A stretch of 64,000 nt of DNA from Eledone cirrhosa (GCA_964016885.1 OZ024743.1:374418001-374482000), one strand, 5' to 3'. Counted from the first letter of the stretch, positions 12,633-25,079 are shown. Notes: generated from the letters alone by a model not told the origin. Numbers and translations are program-made.

Positions 12633-13557
12633 ATTTATTAATGCATGGACAGTTATATGACCTCCTTTTCAGCCGAGAGACATACCAATACATATTCAAA
12701 CATTGATACATATTCAAACATTGTGGGTCAACATTCATTACAGAATTTAGAGTGGCAGTACACACTTCGAGATTACATTTATATTAATAGGTACAATCAA
12801 AAATCAAAGATATAGGTTAAAGTACAACATGAAGATAAGTGGTTATATAGTGCAAATGTTATATGTGTGGCACGCATGTGCGTCTTGTTTATATAGTGTG
12901 GCAGAGAGATATGTGTGGTAGAGGCACTTAGGTAGGTAAATAAGAGTGTTAGGTTGGTAGATCTGGTGGCAAAGTCTTTATATGATTGATATAGTCTGTG
13001 TGTGGAGAAATATTATAAGCATTAAAGATAGTGCAAGCATTAAAAGTGTTATAAGTATTGGAGATGCACAGCGCAGGGATGTCAAGTAATTCATGTACTT
13101 CGGCATTTTCATGGTCAAGGGAGTGTATATTTCGATTATATGCCTTTCACATAATCCACGACAATCCAGTTAGAGATCGTAGTCTGGTGTTCTTTAGTTC
13201 GATACAGGAGGTTGTTACGTTTCGAGAAACGCCATTGAATACCGGAAGTGTGTGTGTGGCTAAGGGGAGTTAATGCATGCGGGGAGGTAACTCTGGGGTT
13301 TCTATATCTAGCCATTAAAATGTGTCCCAATATAGACCCTAAATTCTATGGTGAAGTGCACCTTCCAAGAGATACTTTTAAAGCATAAAGTGTACTAACT
13401 ATAGAGTAGTTTAACTAAGTTATGCTGAAGGTGATCATATTATTATTAGGGTGGATTAACCCATCTTAAGGTGCTACAAATGGAAATTATAGATGATGAG
13501 CGAGGATTCTAAATTAATGATCTCTGTGGTTGTAGTCTGCTCATATGACCAGGCGCG

Positions 13558-14706
13558 GTAAGGGGGTGTCCAATAGAATCTCTAGTCTGTCCTATGACGC
13601 AAACATATTTAGCAAAAACTCACAATATTACAATCAAGCATTAGCTAGCTCCGGCCATAATATAGAAATTGAGTTCCTACCTAAGAAAACACATAGCTAC
13701 AACATCATCTCGCACAACATGTCCATGAGGAAATCTAATAATAGGAATAGCAACCACAAGTACACCAAAGCGGAGGGTGCCACCGGAAGTAACCATTACC
13801 ATGGAAACTACTGTGAGGCCTTAGGAGGAAGCAACACACCAAACACTAAAAGCAAAAATAGAAGAAGAAATAATACATTTTTCAACCCTCCTTTCAACCT
13901 AAATGTCTCCACCAACATACCTAGGGCTTTCTTCTCACTACTAGATAAAAACTTCCCTCTAGGACACAAGTACCACAACCTCTTAAACAAAAACACCATT
14001 AAAATCTCATACTCTACGACGCCTAACTTAGCATACCACATAGCTAGCAGCAATAATAGTAAAATTAGTTCTTACTTCCAACAAACAAAATCACAACGGG
14101 ATGCAAACCCTCTAAATACCACTGTAGCAAGCAACAATAGCAACGGCAGTAACAATAGAAATAACACTAGTATAAGTAATAACACCAGGGTTGTCAACCC
14201 GAACACCCAAAATCCTATATCCACCACACAGACTTCCGCATTGCATTATAACCAGCGGACTAACGCACAGAATAATTGTAAATGTAGAGCTAATAGAACC
14301 TGCCCTTTAGATAAAAAATGCCTAACCAAGGATGTCATATACTCATGCACAGTCACGACTAATAACTCTTCAGAAACCTATGTAGGCTCCACTTCTAACT
14401 GCTTCAAAATCAGATATAACTCGCACATCCACTCGTTCAAAAAGCACAGCCTAGCCAACTCCACCTCACTTTCTAGCTACATACACTATCTAAAATCTAA
14501 AAATAAACCATACACACTCAAATGGGAAGTGATAGGCAGCGCGACCTCGTACAAACCACCTAATAAATTCTGTAACCTCTGTATACTAGAGACACACAAT
14601 ATTATCTTCTCCAACCGTAACCTACTTAACAAAAAAATCTGAGGTGTTTGCAACTTGCCAGCACCGCCTCAGACATTCCTTCCAAAACTTTAAGCCCTAT
14701 ATATAG
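13558..14706 (+). pseudogene. PLE ORF C-terminal half: RT thumb, CxCx5C linker, GIY-YIG endonuclease; +1 frameshift in an A-run near 14635
   Basis: FNPPFN, KISYSTTPN, CKCRANRTCPL, VIY..YVG..FKIRYNSH, CNLC..E. After the A-run the frame continues SEVFATCQHRLRHSFQNFK, matching the in-frame paralog at 37433-37520. Confidence 0.85.
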
Positions 14707-16149
14707 CAATGTCGGACTGGAACCTAACACCACATCTAGCATCAAACACCAGAGACACACCCTATACTACATACCCAACACTAGCTGATCCATTATAACA
14801 CAAACAACGACATCCCTCTGGAACCCTTCGCAGGGAATATACCCATTTATACCTCTACGGCAGGTGTGACAACATCCACCCACTTGGACGGCACTACACC
14901 GCTCTAAGGGTAATTTGAGCATGAATTGATCGGTTGGATGGTGTTGGGCAGAGGAAACACCTTCCTTAGACAGATGTAAAATGATTTAATCGAGTAGCGC
15001 TGTTGACCAGTAGGACCGGGCTGCTGAGCGCAGTGAGTGAATGCAATGCAACTGCCGTGCGGGTTGTACGTATATGGATGATCTGACGGTCAGAGAAGGG
15101 TCGCGAGGACTGCGGATTGACCTTTGGCCTGCCTGGGGACGATTATCTTTCGACATCCAATGTAGCAAGCGATGACCCAGATCTTACCAGAGATCATTGG
15201 GTCCTGAAGCAATCCTGCAATCACCGCGCCTGGTCATATGAGCAGACTACAACCACAGAGATCATTAATTTAGAATCCTCGCTCATCATCTATAATTTCC
15301 ATTTGTAGCACCTTAAGATGGGTTAATCCACCCTAATAATAATATGATCACCTTCAGCATAACTTAGTTAAACTACTCTATAGTTAGTACACTTTATGCT
15401 TTAAAAGTCTCTCTTGGAAGGTGCACTTCACCATAGAATTTAGGGTCTATATTGGGACACATTTTAATGGCTAGATATAGAAACCCCAGAGTTACCTCCC
15501 CGCATGCATTAACTCCCCTTAGCCACACACACACTTCCGGTATTCAATGGCGTTTCTCGAAACGTAACAACCTCCTGTATCGAACTAAAGAACACCAGAC
15601 TACGATCTCTAACTGGATTGTCGTGGATTATGTGAAAGGCATATAATCGAAATATACACTCCCTTGACCATGAAAATGCCGAAGTACATGAATTACTTGA
15701 CATCCCTGCGCTGTGCATCTCCAATACTTATAACACTTTTAATGCTTGCACTATCTTTAATGCTTATAATATTTCTCCACACACAGACTATATCAATCAT
15801 ATAAAGACTTTGCCACCAGATCTACCAACCTAACACTCTTATTTACCTACCTAAGTGCCTCTACCACACATATCTCTCTGCCACACTATATAAACAAGAC
15901 GCACATGCGTGCCACACATATAACATTTGCACTATATAACCACTTATCTTCATGTTGTACTTTAACCTATATCTTTGATTTTTGATTGTACCTATTAATA
16001 TAAATGTAATCTCGAAGTGTGTACTGCCACTCTAAATTCTGTAATGAATGTTGACCCACAATGTTTGAATATGTATCAATGTTTGAATATGTATTGGTAT
16101 GTCTCTCGGCTGAAAAGGAGGTCATATAACTGTCCATGCATTAATAAAT

Positions 16150-16196
16150 TGCTCCGAAGAATCCAAACCTCGGTTTGGAGGAAACAGCTGTAAGCA
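16150..16196 (+). ncRNA. Type I minimal hammerhead motif with CCGAAGA core
   Basis: TGCT-CCGAAGA-A-TCCAAACC/GGTTTGGA-G-GAAAC-AGCT-GTA-AGCA. Stems I and II pair, stem III is palindromic as in PLE hammerheads. Confidence 0.7.
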
Positions 16197-16242
16197 CAAT
16201 AATGTTTTGAACAGTTCTTTGATTCTTATATTTCATATAACT

Positions 16243-16276
16243 GCTCTGTAAATCATCTGATGTTTGTACATTGAGC
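16243..16276 (+). other. Bulged stem-loop at the start of the PLE 3' tail
   Basis: GCTC-TGTA...TACA-TT-GAGC; the same architecture recurs in 11 other tails. Confidence 0.6.
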
Positions 16277-16422
16277 TACTTAACTTACTGGTAATAAGGT
16301 AGTAATACATTACTGCCTACCACTATTTAGGGTGTGTGTAAAATACTTACAACTGCTTAAGGTTTTGTGTTTACATAACCATAAATAGTATAACTAATAC
16401 TATATATATATATATATAAATG

Positions 16423-16550
<128 letters not shown>

Positions 16551-16644
16551 TGTGTGTGTGTGTGCGTGTGTATGTACATACATGTATATTTATGTATACG
16601 CATATGTCTATAGATGTATATGTGTATGTGTATATATATGATAT

Positions 16645-16990
16645 ATGGTTATCGAGTTGAGCTCTGCTGATGATGAACTCCAACCGTGACCATCTCCACT
16701 GAAAGTTTTCATGAAATAGTCTTCAAGACTATACAGAGCATTTGATGTTTTTACAAATTGAAGGATAAGTATTTTAGACTTTATTTTACATGAGTTAAGG
16801 CTCTATCGATTTTTCCCTGGATTTCACTAAATTCTGTGGATGAATTTATATCCTGATTCTCTTTTGAGATGAGTTTGATTTATTTTTCCTACATCTTACG
16901 TTAACTATTTTTCCCATCTTGATGACATAGTCGCATATATGTTATGGAATACTGTTAGCTTATCGTTAAAACAATTTCTATACCTTTCAT
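16645..16990 (+). mobile_element. PLE-type pseudo-LTR fragment with hammerhead; second copy at about 57055-57400 on the minus strand
   Basis: The two regions are reverse complements over ~340 bp and both end in (TA)n. Confidence 0.75.
16661..16739 (+). ncRNA. Type I hammerhead ribozyme with extended stem II/loop 2
   Basis: GCTCTG-CTGATGA-TGAA..TTCA-T-GAAA-TAGTC-TTCAA-GACTA-TA-CAGAGC. Canonical core with all three stems pairing. Confidence 0.8.
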
Positions 16991-16991
16991 T

Positions 16992-17026
<35 letters not shown>

Positions 17027-17574
17027 CACATTACCCCACGTGTGTGTGTATAAGATATAAGATATCAATTCAACCATCTTAGTATTTGATGAGTAGCATC
17101 AATCAGTTTAACATCACTGACCTTTGTTTCATATTTACTTTTAGGATTAAACAGTCTGAGCAAATCCTCTCACCGTTTTAATATCCTTCCGAGTTAACGA
17201 GTATCGCTGATATATAAATATCCTTTCATGCGACATCATTGTTGTTTAGACTTGTGTCTGAATGTATTAAATTCTATCTGGGACTTTTAATGTATGTCAC
17301 CGGTTTCATTTAAGAGAGGTGACACATTGTCAACGACACCGCATATCTACTATCTTCATTATAATTCCAGGATCAAATTGGCAATACAAAGTAAACTACA
17401 ACCAGTGATTTTTCGTTAATCACCACAATAATAAACTAGACATACAGTAAAAATAATGTAGATACTACCAAATGTTTATTCTCTCCCATATACATATATA
17501 TATACACCAGGTGCAAAGGACGGCCCTGCCGCCTGCAGTGATTACCCTGAAACGTTGATCCATCGCTTGGCAAT

Positions 17575-18260
17575 TTCGATTTGGTAGAGTCATTCGAACG
17601 TTAGATATTTCTTACCCCCTCTCTGCACCCTCAGTTCAAACCTCGCTGAGGCCCATTTTCTCTTTCATTATTTTGAATCCCGCCGAGGTTAACTTTGCCT
17701 TTCATCCTTACGGGGTCGATAAAATAAAGTACCAGTCACGCACTGGGGTCAATTTCATCGACTTTTCCATCCCCCCAAAATTGCTGGCCTTATGCTTATA
17801 TAAGAAACCATTATTTTCAGGCGGTGGATTGGCAGTATCTGTAGAGGGTCGGACGCCATGCTTTGCAGCACAGTGTTACGACCCTTTATGATCTGAGTTA
17901 AAATCCGGCCGAGGTTAGCTTTGCCTTTCATCCTTACGAGGTCGATAAAATAAAGTACCTGTAATACACTGGAATAATTGCTGGCCTTGTGCCAAAAGTA
18001 GAAAACATTATTTTGAGGTCGATAAGGGTGGTGAATTGGCAATATAGCTAGAGTGTCAGACAACATGCTTTACAGTACAGAGTTACGGTACTTTACGTTC
18101 TGAGTTCTAATCCCGCTGAGGTTAGCTTTGCCTTTCATTATTACAGGGTCGATAAAATAAAGTACCATTAACGAACTGGGGTCGATTTAATCGACTTTCC
18201 CCCCCCCCCCCAATTGTTGGCATTGTGCATAAATCAGAAATCATTATTTCGAGGTCGATA
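17575..18260 (+). mobile_element. Head-to-tail cluster of three SINE copies (the first has a duplicated head)
   Basis: Body GCCTTTCAT..GGTCGATAAAATAAAGTACC at ~17697, 17923 and 18130. Confidence 0.8.
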
Positions 18261-18425
18261 GAAAAAATGACAGACAAGTGCTGGTGAAATTACCTTTCAT
18301 TCCGGCCAGCACATCTTATATGTACTGCTGGATCAAAGGAAGGAGGGTCGAGCGCACGTAGACGTCTGTGTTTGTTTGCTACTGCATACACACCTAAAAT
18401 TCTTAGTGATTGCATGGTACATACT

Positions 18426-18619
18426 CAGACCTGTCAACTCTTCCCGTCCGACAGGGAGATCTCCCACTTACTTTGAGGTGGGTCAGAGATGTCTTCTCTT
18501 GTGAAAATGGGTATAGCTTTCATTATGTAAAATCTCCCCATTTTGCCTCATTTCTCCCCGTTTTGGGGCACTTTTTTCATGGTACTCCCTGTTCGGGTTT
18601 TTAGAGGTTGGCAGGTCTG
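18426..18619. mobile_element. MITE
   Basis: Terminal inverted repeats CAGACCTGTCAAC / GTTGGCAGGTCTG; no clear TSD. Confidence 0.6.
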
Positions 18620-19174
18620 TAAACTACCAAGTCATGTTCGACTGTGAGTGATCACCATAAGTTGTTAACGGTTTCCAGTAAGAAGCTAAAAACTGTTCTA
18701 GATTGTACAATCTTATTGTTTTCCAAAAACGTATAAACACCTAGGGACATAAATAGGGTCTTCTGTTTTGTCTGAGTGGGGAATAAGCGGGGATTTCGAA
18801 GATAGGTTGTCTCTATTGATTTATTTCAAAAACCAGAATTTATTGTTTAATTTACATATTGAGATGCAAAGCCATCCTATTTATATTATAAGTTATGGTA
18901 TTTCTAGTAATGCATTTTTTTTGTCATGTAGAATATTTGTTTAATGTATAAAGAAAATTAATTATCGCAAGAATGCTACCACTTAAAATATAATTTTGTC
19001 TGAGATAGATTTGCAAAGTTTAATAAGCAGGGGTTGGACTAAGAGCGAGAGGAGGCTGGAAAAAATCTAAAAAATTAATAAGCGGGGTTGGGAGGTATTA
19101 TTTAAGACTCGACAGTAATTCTAAGGAATATGTCCCCTGCTTCTACTTATCGATGCCAAACTAACTAATAATAT

Positions 19175-19370
19175 GGTGGATTGGCAGTATCAGTAGAGCA
19201 TCGGGCACCATGCTTTACAGCATAGAGTTACGGTCCTTTACGGTCTGAGTTCAAATCCCGCCAAGGTTAACTTTGGCTTTCATCCTTACAAGGTCGATAA
19301 AATAAAGCACCAGTAACGTACTGGGTCGATTTAATCGACTTTCCCCCGCCTTGTGCCTATAGTAAAAATC
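19175..19370 (+). mobile_element. tRNA-derived SINE
   Basis: TTGGCAGTATCAG, GAGTTCAAATCCCG and the conserved body. Confidence 0.8.
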
Positions 19371-19605
19371 AATACTCTACAAATATCTGTCGATTCCTCT
19401 CGTTTAAACTACTTATACATCTACTTCTCCACCTGTCTGAATTGTCTGAATTGTCCGTCAACCTATTTCGCTTTCTGTCTGTTTTATATTTAAAGTAACA
19501 CTTTAGGGAAGACTAAAATGTACACCATTAACATATATTTCGCTACCTACCCACCGGTGCCACAGCATGATTACAGATCCTAGGTTACACCAACTACAAT
19601 ACTAC

Positions 19606-19683
<78 letters not shown>

Positions 19684-19687
<4 letters not shown>

Positions 19688-20000
19688 GAAGTAATTCCGT
19701 CGGAAAAGTCCAGGAAAAAAGAGTGCTCTATGTAGGTAACAGAGCTTAATAGTTATGTAATAAACAACATAAGGCAATTATTCCATTTACCAGTGGTTTC
19801 TTAAAAGCAAACAATTTTGCTTTCAATCCTCAGAATGAAAAAAATCCTGGTCTGTTTATTGAATTTGGATTTAAAATTTTTTAAAATCCAAATTCAATAA
19901 ACAGACCAGGATTTTTTTCATTCTGAGGATTGAAAGCAAAATTTGTTGCTTTTAAGAAACCACTGGTAAATGGAATAATTGCCTTATGTTGTTTATTACA

Positions 20001-20006
<6 letters not shown>
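19684..20006 (-). mobile_element. Miniature fold-back element: ~125-bp near-perfect palindrome (19750-20006) plus one-sided tail, in (TA)n
   Basis: Arms pair across a centre at ~19878. Each arm has CTGAGGA-TT-GAAAGCAA..TTGCTT (minimal hammerhead-like). Tail stem-loop at 19725-19745. Confidence 0.8.
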
Positions 20007-20054
<48 letters not shown>

Positions 20055-20056
<2 letters not shown>

Positions 20057-21421
20057 TAAAACACTGGAAGGAAATATCCGTAATGGTAGAGCACTCAGTC
20101 CATGGGACGAGTTTGGTGGAAATAGTAACACAACAGTTAGTTCACCATGACGAGAACAATTGTTTCACCTTAAGTGGATCTTCAGCTCGGACTGGTAATG
20201 GTTATACGGAAAGGAAGAACAACCGTATAAACGCGCATGCGCAGAAACAGTCATTTCACCCAGGCAATACAAAACCACGGGCGAAAGGTGTAAGGGAGAT
20301 AACTCGAGCATCCGGAATAAAATATTCGAGTTGATTAGAAAATTAAAATGTTGTTGTTATTCAATCCGGAGCTTTGTAGTTATGCAAGAGGTCTTTCCAT
20401 ACATGTGGACAACGCGAGAAGATTTCATTTCTTGAATTTAGGCAATCGCTATTGCGTAATCTCCTTAGAATATTTATCCTCTCTTCAATACACAGTCCAC
20501 AAGACGGATTGCCCCTTGCGTATGGCAAACTATCTGGTTCTCTCCTCCCTTCTCACTCAACGTTTAAACTAATGTAGGAAAACATTTTTTAGCCTTCTTA
20601 GATAGACACTTTCCCATAGGTCACAAATACTGCACATCTTTAACAGACACAGAGTAAAACTAGGGTACTCCTGCGCTAAGAATATGAAGGCCTACTTCAC
20701 CAACAGTCCTAAGAGCGGCACACCACCAGGGTGCTCTTGCCGAAAGCCTGAAGCTTGTCCCCTTCAGCAGCAATGCAACACACCCGCTGTAGTTTATGAA
20801 GCTGTGGCCACTTCCATCCGACCAAATTAGCCACAGTAGGTCAAATCCTATGTGGGTATGGCGGAGGGCCGATTTAAGAAACGCTTCCTGAACCATCAGT
20901 AGACCTTTAGGTACCCGGACAAACGATCATCCACGAAGTTCGTGAGTCACGTATGGTTCCTCAAAGACTCAGGTATAGACTACTCCATTCAATGGAAAGC
21001 TATCACTAAGTCCAAGCCATATGCAAGGGGCAATCCGTCTTTTGGACTGTGCATTGAAGAAAGGATAAATATTCTAAGGAAATTACGCAATAGCGATTGC
21101 CTAATTTCATGATATGAAATCTTCTCTCGTTGTCCACATGTCTGGAAATACCTCTTGCATAACTACATAGCTCCGGATTGAATAACAACAACATTCTAAA
21201 TTTTTAATCAACTCGAACATTTTACTCCGGACACTCGCAGTTATCTCCCTTACACCTTTCGCCCGTGGTTTTGCATCACCTGGGTAAAGTTACCGTTTCT
21301 GCGCATGCGCGTCCATACGGTTGTTCTTCCTGTTCCGTTTAACTATTACCAGTCCGAGCTGAAGATCCGCTTAAGGTAAAACAATTGTACTCGGTATGGT
21401 GAACTAACTGTTGTGTTACTT

Positions 21422-21424
<3 letters not shown>
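20055..21424. mobile_element. Decayed PLE: GIY-YIG pseudogene (+, about 20560-21180) with inverted copy of its 3' end (20122-20525) and tail
   Basis: Plus strand reads LDRHFPIGHKY, KLGYSC, CSCRKPEACPL, VVY..YVG..FKKRFLNH, with stops. Hammerheads at 20151-20190 (-) and 21354-21394 (+). Confidence 0.85.
20151..20190 (-). ncRNA. Minimal hammerhead motif (CUGAAGA)
   Basis: CGAG-CTGAAGA-TCCACTTAAGGT-GAAAC-AATT-GTT-CTCG. The partner copy at 21354-21394 has a GAAA>AAAA change. Confidence 0.65.
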
Positions 21425-21501
<77 letters not shown>

Positions 21502-21519
21502 ATATATTATATATATATA

Positions 21520-23760
21520 ATGTAAAAATTTGAACAGGAACAAAACAGAGAGGCAGTACAACGAATGTTTATTAATTTCACGCTCTGGAGAGTGGGGTGT
21601 TGGTGGGGAACGACGTTTCGGGCATAAGCCCTTCCTCAGGTGAGAAGTGTGTGGGAACAGAGTTCAAAGGGTGTGTAGGGGAGTGGTGGAGAGACATATA
21701 GCGAAAGGAAACGGTGCGAATGAAATTAAAAATAAAAATAAAACTAAAGCATGATCAAAATACAAGGAATGAAATAAATTTAAATATAAAAGCATGATCA
21801 AAATAAACTGAAATTAAAAGGGGGGTAAAACAGGTGGTGGAAGGGTGTGGGGTGTGTAGGGGTGGTGGCGGGTGGAGTGGGAGAGGGAGACGGGGTGTCC
21901 GAGCGGGGAGGGCTGAAGGTGGTGTGTGTGTGTAGGTGTACGTGTGTGTGTGTGTGTGTATGTAAAAGTAAGGGTTGGGGGAAGAACGGGGTTGCATGTT
22001 CAGGAAGAGGTGTGTGTGTGTGGGGGGAGGGGGGGGGGTTGTAGGTCGGAGTGTCTGTGCGTGTGTGGATAGAGGGGTGGGGGAGAGGAATCAGGAGGCT
22101 GAGGGTGTAAATATGTGGTGGAAAGCACGTGTGTGTGGGGTTTAAGCGTGTTGTGGGTGTAGGTGGCGTGTGGAGAAAAATTTTTTTTGGGTGTGTGTGT
22201 GGGTGAGTTATATAGGTGATTCCGTAAGAGGGTGGTTGAAAAGTTGGTAAAATCCTATGATGTTTAGTGGATTCTGTGGTGGTCAAGTTCCACATACGAG
22301 TATTCCATGAAGAGATGGTCGGAAGAGGAGAGATGTGGGGTGCGCGCGCAACAGGAAGTGGTCAAGCAGTGGGAGTGCTGTGTGTCTGTTTGTGCTGGGA
22401 GGTGGTCAGAGGGCATAGCAGCAGTCGGTGGAATGGTAAAGGGGCGAGGATGGGTAGGTGTGAAAGTTGGAGTGAGGAGGGTGTGTGTGTGTGTATTAGT
22501 AGAGGTGTTAGTGGGATGAGTGAGTGTGGAGCGAGGGTGTGGGTGGAGCGGGGAGAGAAGGGTGTGTGTAGTTCTATGGAGGGAGTGTGGTGTACTGGTG
22601 TGTGTGTAGTTTGATGAAGGGGTGTATACGGGAGGTGGGGAAGGGTTGAATGCAGGTGTGAGTGGGGGTTAGTGGTGGTAGGGTGTGTAGAGTTGGTGGT
22701 GTACGAGGGTGTGTGGGTACGTGTGCGTGGGGTTGGGGTGTTAGTGATGTTAGTTGCGTGTGGGGTGGGTGGTGTAAGTGGGTGCGTGTGTTCGTGTGAT
22801 AAGGAGGGGGGAGGAGGAGAAGAAGGGAGGGATATTAGTATGTTAGTTGGGGAAGGGTGGTCGGATGAGGGGTGGAGTGGAGGTGTTAGTATTGTTAGTT
22901 GTGGGGTGGGCGGTGAAAAGGAGGGGTGTGTTAGTGGTGTTAGTTGGGGATAAGTGTGGGAGGAGAGGGGCGGTCGAAGGCTAAAGGAATAAGGGTGGGG
23001 AGTTCAGGCCGGTGGGAGTGTGGGTCTGTAAGATGAAGATAGGTCTTTGTTCGACTCTAAGGCGATTGGCGGGTGTTCCGTGGCATTGGAGTAGGCCACA
23101 GACTGTGAGATGGCGTGCGGAATGTCCAGGGCCACCAAAGTGGCGGGCGATGGGGGAACTACCACCGAGACAAATATCTCGGAGGTGCTCAGTGAATCGG
23201 TCCGCCAGGCGACGTCCCGTCTGTCCGACATAAGTCGCGCTGCACGGAGTGCAGCGAAGTCCGTAGACTAGGTTGGAGGAGGTGCAGCGGAAGGCATGCT
23301 GGACAGAGAGAGAGTGGCCCTTGGGACCCTGGAAGGTGGTGGTGTTGGTGATGTGGGGACAGGTGTTGCAGCGGGGCCTAGAACAGGGAAAGGAACCGGG
23401 GGGGGGGAACAGAGCGTGGGTTGGGGGTTAGGGAGCTGTGGACGAGGAGGGTGCGGAGATTGCGTGCGCGTTTGAAGGAGGGGAGTGGTGGGGTTGGGAA
23501 GATGTGGGAGGTGGAGTGGTCGGACTGGAGGCGTCGGAAGAGGCGGCGGATGGTGCGGTGGAGGGGTAAGGTGGAGGGGTGGTAGGTGATGTGGAAGGGG
23601 AGACGGTGGGTGGGTGTGCGGTGGCGTGGGGTGAGGGTGGTGGAGCGGGGGACAGCACGGGCGCGGGTGAGAGCGGTGTGGACGAGAGAGGGGGGTAACC
23701 TCTGCGGATGAAATGGCTGACTAGGGAAAGGGCCTGGGACTCGAAGTCAGCATCTCGGCT
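21520..23760 (-). mobile_element. 5'-truncated PLE of a different (Neptune-like) type with long CA-rich 3' region, in (TA)n
   Basis: Minus strand 23760-22981 reads FIRRGYP, then frameshifted PCSRPRCNTC, SSNLVY.LRC..C...YVGQTGRRLADRFTEH, PIARHF, E..IF.L.T..P.GLN. Hammerhead-like motif near the 3' end. Confidence 0.85.
21608..21641 (-). ncRNA. Minimal hammerhead-like motif
   Basis: CTGAGGA-A-GGGC-TTAT-GCCC-GAAAC-GTC-GTT; stem I weak. Confidence 0.55.
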
Positions 23761-23957
23761 ATATATATATATTATATATATCATATATATATATTATATA
23801 TGTATATATATGAATATAGATATCATATATATGTATATATGTATATATATATCATATATATATATGATATCTATATATATACATATATAATATATATATA
23901 TATACATATATATATACATGATATATATATAATATATATATAATATAACATTATATA

Positions 23958-24320
23958 TATAAAGCTATGCTTAAAGCGAAATCCTATTTCTTTTCTATTA
24001 TAAGTTGAGCCAACATATGCAGCTTCATATGCAAATGAGGCTAATCACCTCATTTACGCAGACGAGAAAACTATATGTTCTCGGCTGTCTTCAATTTCAG
24101 CAGTCGCAGAGCAGTGGGAGGGATCGTCCTGACGATGGCCAGTCAAGCCTGAAATGCATAGACGTTCGTCTCCCTTGCTTCTGCTGGACAACACCAGAGG
24201 GCGTTAGCCCCCCTGTGTTCGCGTAGGTACGGCTTCCTAAAATCGTATTTCTTTCGAAATACGAAATTTCTATACATATTGTATAAAGCTATGCTTGAAG
24301 CGAAATCCTATTTCTTTTTT
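23958..24320 (+). mobile_element. ~360-bp non-coding element bounded by ~38-bp direct repeats, with an internal hammerhead
   Basis: TATAAAGCTATGCTT(A/G)AAGCGAAATCCTATTTCTTTT at both ends; (TA)n flanks. Confidence 0.75.
24125..24164 (+). ncRNA. Type I minimal hammerhead (CUGACGA)
   Basis: CGTC-CTGACGA-T-GGC..GCC-T-GAAAT-GC-ATA-GACG. Confidence 0.7.
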
Positions 24321-24344
24321 ATATATGTTTTATATATATATATA

Positions 24345-24536
24345 TATAAATCAGGATGGATCCAGTTTGAAACTGGTTAGATCATTACTCAACAAAGTGC
24401 TCGATATTTGCAGTACTAAAGTATCGTTATATCATAAAGAGTCAGGACCCGACGGCTGAGATCTTGTCGTTTCAACAGCTAGTTCCAGGAAGTAGCTGTT
24501 GAAACGACAAGATCTCAGCCGTCGGGTCCCGAACCT

Positions 24537-24540
<4 letters not shown>
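24345..24540. mobile_element. Miniature fold-back element (palindrome 24445-24529)
   Basis: GGACCCGACGGCTGAGATCTTGTCGTTTCAACAGCTA followed by its reverse complement; (TA)n flanks. Confidence 0.75.
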
Positions 24541-24587
<47 letters not shown>

Positions 24588-24724
24588 GTCAATACTCATC
24601 ATTTTCCATTTATCTGAGGGTTCTAAACCCTATTATCAGACTAAAATTTCTTTAGTTGAAAAATACGGTGAAAGCTATTCTATTTTCTAATTTCAAACCT
24701 GCTCACTGTTTCAAAACATACTTG

Positions 24725-24784
<60 letters not shown>

Positions 24785-25079
24785 TTCAAGAGTAAACCAA
24801 TCTTAAAGAGAGAGATGGAGATAGGAGACGAGAAGAGAGATTGGTGAATTAGATAGAAACATTATATGGAGTAGCGAAACAGTTGTAAACGGACATTATT
24901 AGAATTATTATGCCTTACATTCCTTATATTAAACTACAACTATGTTGACAATCTCTAAATAATGCCTTCCTTGTGAAATTTGTGGTCTTGTTTTGCTTAA
25001 CTAATGAATATATATATATATATTTTTTTATCATATGTAACCCATGTGCAAACCACGCAGTATTCTTCTTTCCTCTCAT

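Larger units (their letters stand above)
12541..16400 (+). mobile_element. Penelope-like element (probably Hydra clade), 5'-truncated, with ~1-kb inverted pseudo-LTR and 3' tail, inserted in (TA)n
   Basis: 12541-13557 is the reverse complement of 15223-16238. Unique tail at 16239-16400. GIY-YIG ORF lies between the arms. (TA)n on both flanks. Confidence 0.9.

Noticed and set aside
14638-14642. TGA ending the PLE ORF as a possible selenocysteine codon (as in Naiad PLEs)
   Set aside because: The paralog at 37433-37520 shows it results from an extra A (LNKKSEV). The domain order is RT then EN, not the Naiad order.
18775-19116. Three AATAAGC(G/A)GGG motifs suggesting a DNA-transposon remnant
   Set aside because: Could not define both termini or a TSD.
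21755-22953. His/Thr/Pro-rich and Gly/Val-rich ORFs
   Set aside because: Low-complexity 3' non-coding region of the Neptune-like PLE, downstream of its stop codon.
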